Source of the DNA: Tubiluchus corallicola
Taxonomy: Eukaryota; Animalia; Priapulida
Direction of reading: 5' to 3'
DNA: 64,000 nt
Assembly (NCBI GenBank): GCA_030141605.1
Contig: JAQGDQ010000287.1
Location: 186,001 to 250,000 of the forward strand
Positions 55,201 to 64,000 of this stretch are shown here, one piece after another (the first letter of the stretch is position 1; every line of letters begins with the position of its first letter). A program made the position numbers and the translations under genes. The notes beneath the pieces are model-generated. The model ran no database searches and was not told where the DNA came from. It was given only the letters and a program-made list of their open reading frames with translations.

Positions 55201-56149
55201 TGAATGAAGAGCAAAAGTGGTACCAAAAATATCTGCAAAGCCCCATTTTAACGTTACATTGATTTAATTAATTTTCGTGTTATCATGATCTATCTCACTT
55301 GTTTCACGGCCAATTGAAAGATCAGTGTACTGCATAAGGTATAATTATTGTAATTATGAAGTATGTGAAAGTTGAGGGGGTGGCAAGAAACTACGTCAAA
55401 TTGACTCCAAAATTATAGGGAAGAATTAATCACCTTCATTAATGTTAAGCAACATAGTTCAAACGAAACATCAGGAGAAGTTGAAGCGTATTGTACCAAA
55501 AATTTTTGTAAAGCCTCATTCATTTGGTGGCTTTCAATCAGTACTGCATGTGGTGCGTTTTAGTCTATATTTATCTTGCAAATGTTGACTTCTGAAATCT
55601 TTAGTTTTTCTATCTAGTTTCCCAAAAAAGGAACGTCAGAAAGTTTTTACCCAGTAACAGTTAAAACCCTGTTTTTTGTAAGTACAATTTTTGTTTACTG
55701 AATTTACTGATTTAATTTTCTCCTAAGGAACTGTATTTATCGAGTTATACTAGCGATCCTGCTAAGCATTGTGTGTTATTACTGTCTGTATTTTGTCTTT
55801 GTGTTTTTTCTGTTTTTTTGTGCTATGAATTCAGTAGCATTACCTTTATAAAATCCAGAAAATAATGTTTTTGGTAACTATTATAAAGGTACTAGTCCTG
55901 CACTTAAATTGTTTACTTTGTATTTAAGAAACTTGCTTATAATGCTCTTGAAGAGAATCTGTTCTATATTTAGCATCAGATTTAATTCACTACTAATTAG
56001 TCATACACCAAAAATTATCTGAAGCAGGTATTCTCTTTTGCATGACAGCCTAGAGCATTATTACTGTTCCGTTGTAATTGTTCTTTTATTAATCAGTTAC
56101 CTATTTGCTAAAAAAACTGTAAAAAATACGTTTTTAAAATGCATACTAA

Positions 56150-56900
56150 TAAACCACACCTAGCGCCTTGTTCCATGATGACATCGAAAGTTGACGTCAC
56201 GCATCATTCCCGTTTAGCTGAGTTGTAGTGGGGTTAAAGAAACCTGTCTGACTATGAAAATATTTCTCTGAGATAATATATAGCCACTGCTCAACACAAA
56301 ATTCAAAGTGTATTCATTGTTCGCCACTTTTTAGATTTGGACTATTTGAAGAGATTATTCTTTTTGAAAGCTCCAGCCCCATTTGTAGGCCTACACGCAT
56401 GCAAAGAATAAAAACAACGTGAACCATGTTTATAAATTAATTATCATAGGCTAGGTCAGAGTTGAACATTTAGTAATGAGTAGGTTAATCTTCGCCCTTC
56501 ATAGTCCTTTTTAATTTTGCTGGTTCGGCGGGACGCACAAGGCTATGTCGTCACTGACAACCATAGCAAAGATGAAGCTTGATGGAGCCTTGAGTGTGCC
56601 AGGAAATAAACTATGCTGAATTTAACTAATCCCACATGTAGTCGAGATTTGAGTTTTTGCTTTTTTCAACGTTTCGATCACGCTTTCTCAAAATGTTAAA
56701 TTTTTGTTTGTGTTCACATTCTGTCTCTGTCTGTTGTCCGATTTTCATTTTTTGCAATATAATTATTTAACACAGAGGACGATACTAAGGTTCGCCCTGG
56801 GTGTTGCAGTGTATTGCTTTGTGGTAGGCAGAAGCTAGTTCTAATTGTAAGGTTTCGCGCGTGTACCTTGTGGACGGTTCGGAACAGCAGGAGTTGGCTT
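56150..56900 (+). promoter_or_regulatory. Alternative candidate MTREX promoter / non-coding first exon region
   Basis: Unique CpG-containing sequence with CRE TGACGTCA at 56192-56199, E2F-like TTTCGCGC at 56853-56860, and a possible donor |GTAAGG at 56847. Confidence 0.35.
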
Positions 56901-57343
56901 GTTTGTGTCACATCCTTGATCTTATTTTTTATTAAAAAACTATAAACATATAAAAATTATATGCGCGGCTGAGATAGTGACCGACAATAAAGTCAGGAAA
57001 AATGTCACGGAAAAATCACGTTAGCGTTTTCTTTAACGTTATTCAAACTTATTGTTTTTTTCGTGTGCTTTTTTTACTGTGACTTTTTTCTGGCTTCACA
57101 AATTTATCTTTCAAGCTTAATAACTCAGCTTGCCACATCGCTTTCACGCTGAACCCTCAATTTGCTTTTGAAAAAACTAAGATTTAGGGCACTAAGCACA
57201 TTGTCTGGAAAGCCGTTCCAGCAGTTTATAATTTTTTCGGTTAAAGAGTGACCTCTTATGTTAGTTCGATAGAAACCCTGAAACAGTTTTATCGAATGTC
57301 CACGTAGTTCATAATGGCGATGAATCTGGACGAAGAAGTCATC

Positions 57344-58287
57344 GGCGCTATTACACTTTCGCACAGCCTAGTTTTTTCTGGCCTATTGGTTGTTTTCACG
57401 CCTGCAGGCCAGAAAGCAGACCAACAGGTGTAATATACACCATATTCCCATAATATTATTGGTTTTTAGACATTACAATTCCAGATTAAAATCATACATA
57501 AAGCTCCACGTGAATAACTGTGTTTACACGACTAATGCGCAATCGCTCTTGCGCAGTGACGATGTGGCCCTTAACATGTATTTTTAGTTTCTTTGCATAA
57601 TTTATGATTATTAGGGTTGCAGCCACGGGAGTTTGTATCGTATTACAGTGTTCCCTCTCTACTTCAAATATATTAATGTAAAATATTTATCGCACTATTT
57701 TCGCTGTTTCGATGGCATCAGAATAGGGGTAGTGATGACGATAACGATAAAAATAACATTGCAATAATGGTGGTGATAAGGAGTATATAAACCTAAAATG
57801 CCATTATAATCCTGTGCCAGTCATTGTCTTTTCTTCAAAGACTTCCCGAATTTTTTGTTTCTCTGTCAGACCCAAGCTGGCATATACGAGGAAATTATTT
57901 TAGACCACTACAGTTATTTGTCATTAATTTTATTTATTACTGTAGTATTATTACCATTAGATTATAAAAAAAGTAAAGGTTTTTTCTTTATTTCGTAAAT
58001 GCGGTCAAGATGAAAGTGTGTCACGTGCCGTTTAAGCTAGGCCCTGATAATGCATAAACTAGTACGAAATACGTCACGTGACTACACACACAAACAAGAT
58101 GGCGATACGAACTGTATAGTTGTAGAACTGTAATTATTGGTAATTATACTTAAATATATGATTAAATTACCACGAGATTAGCGGAAACATTCACTGATGA
58201 CGTGAGAATAATAGAATAATGACCTACGAGCCTAGAAACGAGTAATAACCTAGAAAAAACTAGGCGGTGCGAAAGTGTAATAGCGCC
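57344..58287. mobile_element. 944-bp non-autonomous DNA transposon (Merlin- or Mutator-like)
   Basis: 36-bp TIRs ggcgctattacactttcgcac(a/c)gcctagttttttct, 35/36 identical; 9-bp TSD GAAGTCATC at 57335-57343 and 58288-58296. Confidence 0.92.
58020..58139 (+). promoter_or_regulatory. Housekeeping-type promoter motif cluster inside the TIR element
   Basis: GTCACGTGCC at 58020-58029, palindromic GTCACGTGAC at 58073-58082, YY1-type CAAGATGGCG at 58095-58104, and a possible donor G|GTAATT at 58140. Confidence 0.4.
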
Positions 58288-59657
58288 GAAGTCATCTTTA
58301 CTGAAGTTGTTCAACTCGTTCAAAATTTTGAAACAATGAATGAGATCTATATTTTGCATCTGTAATACAGTGGTGTAACGTCTTTAGTTTGTGCGTTTGT
58401 CACAATTCGAGCACAATGACTCTGAATCTTCTGAAGCTGGTTAATTAAGGTGATGTGCTGTGGTGACCAGGCAACTGCAGTCATACTCAAGCTTTGGCCG
58501 AACCAATGTTTTATATACAGTTGGACTATAACTCAAATGACCATGGCAGAACAGCCTGTTTGAGTGAACCTATGACACTGTTTGCTGAATCCTAATTATA
58601 TGCTTATTTCATTTTAAAGCCTTCAAAATCCATACACCCAAATCTTTTACTTCAGTTGGCTGATTAATTTCGGACCCACAAAGTTTGTTGCTGAAATCAT
58701 ACATGGGTCTAATACGAAGCACAGAACACTTAGCTGCTTTTGGGGTCATAGGTACAACTTGCACCATCTTTCTGCCTGGAATGCAATGTTTTGTAGATCG
58801 ATATGTCTACAGTATGTGTGTATTGAGTTGTAGATTTCGACATCATCTACATGTAATACTGACTTTCTATTAAGACATTTGGGTGGGTCATCAGCACAGA
58901 TTAGGGAACAGTATGGTCCCGAAATTCATCCTTGTGGGATACCATTTTGTACACGTAACCATCCATGTGAATTTCCAGCTAACACAACTCTCTGGAAACG
59001 GTAACTCCAGCATACTCCAGCTTAAGCAACAACCGATTGAATGGGACTGAGTCTAACGCACGGTTGCAATCGATGTATGTTACATCAGTACCTGCCTTTG
59101 TCCAATCGTTCAAACACTGCAGTAGGTTTGCGGCAGCAGAACAACCCGGCAGTGACCCATGCTGGTTTGTGCAGATACGACCATTGCTCAATAAAAAAAG
59201 GAATGAGCGAACCCCAAATTATGTTTTCGAGCACTTTCACCACGACGGATGTTAAAAGTATCAGGCGGAGATCACTAACAATTTCCAGTTTTCGGCACCT
59301 TTGGGAACGGGGTATATGAGCTGTCGTCCAATCATGAGGTAGTGTGCTCCACAATTTCTGAACACCAGATATAAGGGATATGCTAGCTGCCATGTACATT
59401 TTTTTAGTATAATACTCTTGATATCGTCTTGCCTTGATGACAAAGACGCCTCAGCCAGTTCAGTGTCTTATCCATATTAGCTAGCGAACTAATGAGTGAT
59501 GAATCAATTTACAGAAAGTCAGCAAGTGTGTAAAAATCATACCGGTGGCTGAGACATGGTTTTGATAACTGTTTTTGTTTGTTTGTTTTTTTGCTGTAGA
59601 TCCAAAAGGTGAATAAGGACAAAAGTTGAATGTTACACAGAGTTCAATGCCATAACC

Positions 59658-59814
59658 ATGGATAACAACCAACAAGAAGATGAAGACTTATTTTGTGTTT
59701 TCGAAGCTGATAGTGCCTCAAACGAAAGTGCAAGAGGCAAAAAGAGAAAACTGGAAAGTACAGATCACAACGCCGAACGAGAAGGCACTTCCTTTATGGA
59801 GCAAATTTTGCAAG
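59658..59814 (+). CDS. MTREX: MTR4/MTREX coding exon 1: MDNNQQEDEDLFCVFEADSASNESARGKKRKLESTDHNAEREGTSFMEQILQ(G)
   Basis: accATGG Kozak context. DLFCVFE matches the conserved MTR4 N-terminal (D/E)LFxVFE motif, and KKRK is NLS-like. Donor AG|GTAATT is phase 1 and joins 61005 in frame. An upstream polypyrimidine tract and acceptor put the exon start at 59600. Confidence 0.88.
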
Positions 59815-61004
59815 GTAATTTGTCACATTTGTAAAGTTTTCTGCATCCAAAAAGAAATCAAAATACCTTAATAGATCAGTTTTGTAAGATGTCCTTCTAA
59901 TTACGTGTAGTATTTTGTAAATATTTTTATTGTTTATGACTCGGTGAGATAAGTTGAGAAAAACTGGTAATTCTCATGTGTGCATTGCAGACAGGTAATG
60001 GTCTATAAGAAGCATTCTGAGAAGATTATTATGCTTTTCTTATTCTGGCCATCATATCAAGTTATCAACATTATTTCTTATGTTTTAAGCTTTTAAAATG
60101 TGTAATTCATACAATGTATCATTTTTCGCATTTTCAAATGTACTTGACTCTGAAAGGAATAAGTGTTGTATTTGTGTGCTTGCGCAGCAAAAACGTCCGA
60201 AAGTTGGAAGTTAAACGCTTTAGTTTTCACATATCCTGAATCTCTATTTCATGGGGATTATTTTGATGCCAACTTCAGTGCCTCATGTTATTTCTAACCT
60301 GAGGTAATCCACGTCGAATTTAAGGTACACTGAAAAATGCATTTCTGAGAAAATCACTGTTAAAGTTTTTCCAAATAAAGATCTGCGCTTGGCAACAGAA
60401 AAATCCACAAAAGCAAAATAACTGCTTTCAGGAGCAACTATCCGAGTTTGAAAATACGAACCTTTGACAAATGCAGTATTAGTTTTTAGACAGAGAAGTG
60501 GATAAGGAGTTATAAGTTTTTAGTATTTTTTAAACAAAGTCCTGGCATTTTGATGCTAGAACATAAAAGTCCAATATATTTAGCGCTGGTTTTTGTAAAA
60601 AATGAAAATTTGATATTTGACCCATTGTTTTATGCATTCTACTTTGAAGCATAGTAACATTGTTTTAACTATGGCGACTAGTGTGGACAGTTTTTTTTGC
60701 AAGCACACATTTGGTTTTCTTGTATTTGTTCTATTCTGTATGACAAAGTAATTTAAATTTTGTTAATTGTAATTGCTTGGCTAACTGATTAGTAGTTGAC
60801 AGACTGACTGACTAATTGACTAACTGATTGTGCAGCTGGTGATATCTTGTGCGCATTACTTTTGTGCTGAGGAGGACCCACTTAAATATATATCATTCGT
60901 ATCCCACTGTGCGATATTGAAAAACAAGAGTATAACACTATACATCTTGTAATAGAGAATTTAAATAATTTAAATGAGTATGAACCAGTGTTCTATTATT
61001 ATAG

Positions 61005-62803
61005 GTTATGATCCGGAGAAAGGTACATTACAGCCAGCTGAACCAGTTCCTGCTATAGACAACGAGGCAGAACAAATTAAGGAAGAATTAAACCCTTCAG
61101 AAATTTTACCTCGCATTCAGATACATCGAATAGAGACAATTGAGTCGTGCACTCACGAAGTAGCCGTTCCTCACGATATGGAATACACTCCTGTGCGAAC
61201 GCCATCGACGAAACCACCGAAAGAATATCCGTTTATATTGGATCCATTTCAGAAAGAGGCAGTGCTATGTTTAGAGAACAATCAGTCGGTGTTGGTATCG
61301 GCGCACACGTCGGCTGGAAAAACAGTGGTAGCTGAGTATGCTATTGCCATGTCCTTGCGCGACAAACAAAGAGTCATATACACAACACCTATTAAGGCTT
61401 TGAGCAATCAGAAGTATAGGGAATTATATGAAGAGTTTCAAGATGTCGGTCTCATGACGGGAGATGTGACGATTAATCCCACGGCAAGCTGCCTTGTCAT
61501 GACGACCGAAATTCTGAGGAGCATGTTGTACAGAGGTTCCGAAGTTATGCGCGAAGTCGGCTGGGTGGTGTTTGACGAAATTCATTACATGAGGGATAAA
61601 GAGCGAGGAGTAGTTTGGGAGGAAACGATCATACTCTTGCCGGATTCCGTACATTATGTGTTTCTTTCTGCAACTATACCCAATGCACGTCAGTTTGCAG
61701 AGTGGATTTGTTATCTACATCATCAACCATGTCATGTGGTGTACACGGATTTTCGGCCTGTACCTCTTCAGCATTACATTTTCCCAGCCGGAGGTGATGG
61801 GTTACATTTGGTCGTTGACGAAAAGGGGGAATTCAAAGAGGATAATTTTAATACAGCCATGTCTGTTTTACAGTCAGCTGGTGATCTCAGTAAGGGCGAT
61901 AAGATGGGACGTAAGGGTGGCACCAAAGGCGATTCCAATTGTTACAAAATCGTGAAAATGATCATGGAGAGAAACTTTCAACCGGTCATTGTGTTTAGTT
62001 TCAGTAAGAAAGAATGTGAGGCTTACGCCTGTCAGATGTCCCATTTGGATTTCAACACGGAGCAAGAGAAGAGTCTCGTCGACGAAGTTTTCAAGAATGC
62101 GATGGACGCTCTTTCAGAAGAGGATCAGAAACTTCCACAGGTGGAAACGATATTGCCGTACTTGAGGAAAGGTATCGGAATACATCATGGTGGCCTTCTG
62201 CCCATATTAAAAGAAACGATTGAGATTCTTTTCAGCGAGGGGCTCATCAAAGCCTTATTCGCTACGGAAACATTTGCCATGGGCTTGAACATGCCCGCTA
62301 GAACTGTGTTGTTTACTAGTGCAAGAAAGTTTGATGGAAAAGACTTCCGGTGGATAACTTCAGGCGAATATATCCAGATGAGTGGGCGGGCAGGACGGCG
62401 AGGGATCGATGAGAGAGGGATTGCTATTCTCATGGTGGATGAAAAAATGAGTCCATCTATTGGAAAGGATTTGATCAAAGGTCATGCGGATCCGTTGAAC
62501 AGTGCATTTCATCTCACGTACAACATGGTACTGAATCTTTTGCGAGTCGAAGAGATCAATCCGGAATACATGCTCGAACGGTCGTTTTATCAGTTTCAAA
62601 ATTACGCTATTCTTCCGAAAATGTTTAAAAATCTGCAGGATTTAGAAGATGAGTACAAGAGCCTGAGTGTTCCGAGGGAAACTGAAGTTGCTTCTTATTA
62701 CAAAATTCGTCAACAGCTCAGCAACTTGTCGAAAGAGTTTGTCTCTTACCTGGTTAAGCCAAAATATATTGTGCCATTTTTGCAGCCTGGCAGATTAATT
62801 AAG
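61005..62803 (+). CDS. MTREX: MTR4/MTREX (SKIV2L2) Ski2-like DExH RNA helicase, coding exon 2; the gene continues beyond the window
   Basis: AHTSAGKT (motif I), DEIH (II), SAT (III), [12 protein letters not shown] (V), [10 protein letters not shown] (VI), and the MTR4-type [35 protein letters not shown] and LQPGRL. attatag| acceptor and AAG|GTAACG donor. Confidence 0.97.
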
Positions 62804-64000
62804 GTAACGACTTTTTTATAACTTTTACTTTGGGGTGTTTTTTTCTTTAGCCATTTCTATTTCGTGAATTGTGTTTGATGAATTACTGTCATGTTTCAAG
62901 CTAGCTGCCTACAAAAAACACCTGGAGCTTTTTGATTGATAAAGAAAAGTCAAATGTCTCATAAATTTGAGCTTATTTTAACACTTGAGAAAAATGTTAG
63001 GAAGTTTCAAGAAGAAAATTGTGATAAGCGTCTCGTGTAATTAGAAAATCAATTTAAAGCAGCGCTCACTTAATGCTTGGGTGCGCTCATTTTGAACGAA
63101 AGATGGCTTCACCTGGTTACCATGCGATATAAATACTTATCTTCTCACCAGATGCTTCATGAAATTTTTTTGCAACTATTATGAACTATAGACAATCAAA
63201 AACTATAGACAATCTGTTATGTAATGAAAACCTGTTACCAACGATGGTATTATAGCCTCCAGCTCATCGGAGATAGGAATGGTTTCAATTTCTTTTGCAT
63301 TTTTGAGCAAGGCGTTTTATGCGCATATATTATATGATACTTTCAATTCATTAAATTAAAATTAATGCTGTACAAGGATTTTTCAGTTAAAGTTTGTGAA
63401 ATTTTTCCTGGATTTGTCCCGTGTCAACTGAATCAACTAAGGTGTCAGGCTTTTTTGGTAAAAATTGTTTATTTACTCCCAAGTGTTAAAATTGTTTTTA
63501 CAGTTTATCAGTATGCAGCATCTTCTGGCTTCACAAGAGTTTATATTATTATCTTCCTTTGTCATAGAATATTATCTCGTAATTTGATGCTGTCCACCGA
63601 TTCTTACTAACGAAGATTTTAATTACAGTTAATAAAATTGCTGTCTGGAAAAGTTTTAAGTTCATTTTATTGGAATCTAATTTGGGGGTTTTGTACTTTT
63701 AATTTCTATAGTAGTGAAACAGCATAAGACAGCAGTTTACTGGTATAAAAAAAGGGGAGCTGTCATTTTCTGTTTACAGAATAATACTAGTTTAGTGATT
63801 ATTCACTGTAACAAAATTGTTTATTGCATATTTCATAGTTTTCTTTACCATACTTTGATAGCTACTGCTTTACTGTTGGTGTAATTGTTAATTTATTATG
63901 CCTTTTACATGAAAACAGCACATGTTCAATCACTAAACTATTAACCAGCAACAAAATGGCGTTCATCCATAATTAGCTACCTCTTGCGGCAGCTGAGAAC

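Larger units (their letters stand above)
57125..59460 (-). mobile_element. Decayed CR1-type LINE ORF2 relic, split by a DNA transposon at 57344-58287
   Basis: Frameshifted RT motifs: LPHDWTTAHI, LTSVVVKVLENII, QHGSLPG...NLLQCLNDWT, YID...ALDSVP..RLLLKL, GIPQG, DLIHCFKIL, LRGHSIKL...IINCWNGFP...FKSKL. Confidence 0.9.

Noticed and set aside
60974-61004. ORF-track start [10 protein letters not shown] for MTR4
   Set aside because: Intronic read-through upstream of the acceptor at 61004. The conserved N-terminus is in the exon starting at 59658.
62804-64000. Next MTREX exon (KOW/arch, expected ..FGWGVVVNF..)
   Set aside because: No matching frame found; the region appears intronic to the window end.

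Overview
AT-rich, repeat-rich animal genomic DNA, most likely from an invertebrate bilaterian. It is not prokaryotic, and most short ORFs in the track are noise. Two spliced protein-coding genes lie head to head. (1) On the minus strand is a complete FGFRL1/nou-darake-type kinase-less FGF-receptor-like gene. I assembled it by hand from 10 GT-AG coding exons (48748 down to 1289; 1494 nt, 497 aa): signal peptide, Ig1, acidic linker, Ig2, Ig3, transmembrane helix, and a Tyr/His-rich tail ending DYSC. It has two introns of about 18.5 kb. (2) On the plus strand is the 5' part of the MTR4/MTREX (SKIV2L2) RNA helicase gene (ATG at 59658, then one 1799-nt exon holding the whole helicase core); it continues past the window end. 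The rest is a mosaic of pogo-like, hAT and Merlin/Mutator-like MITEs, CR1 and RTE LINE relics, tRNA- and 5S-derived SINEs, and micro/minisatellites. Highlights: a 944-bp TIR element carrying promoter-type motifs, nested in a CR1 relic just upstream of MTREX; palindromic elements built from two back-to-back tRNA-like Pol III promoters; a bipartite RTE insertion with an 18-bp target-site duplication; and a tyrosine-rich FGFRL1 tail. All family assignments come from recalled motifs, not database searches.
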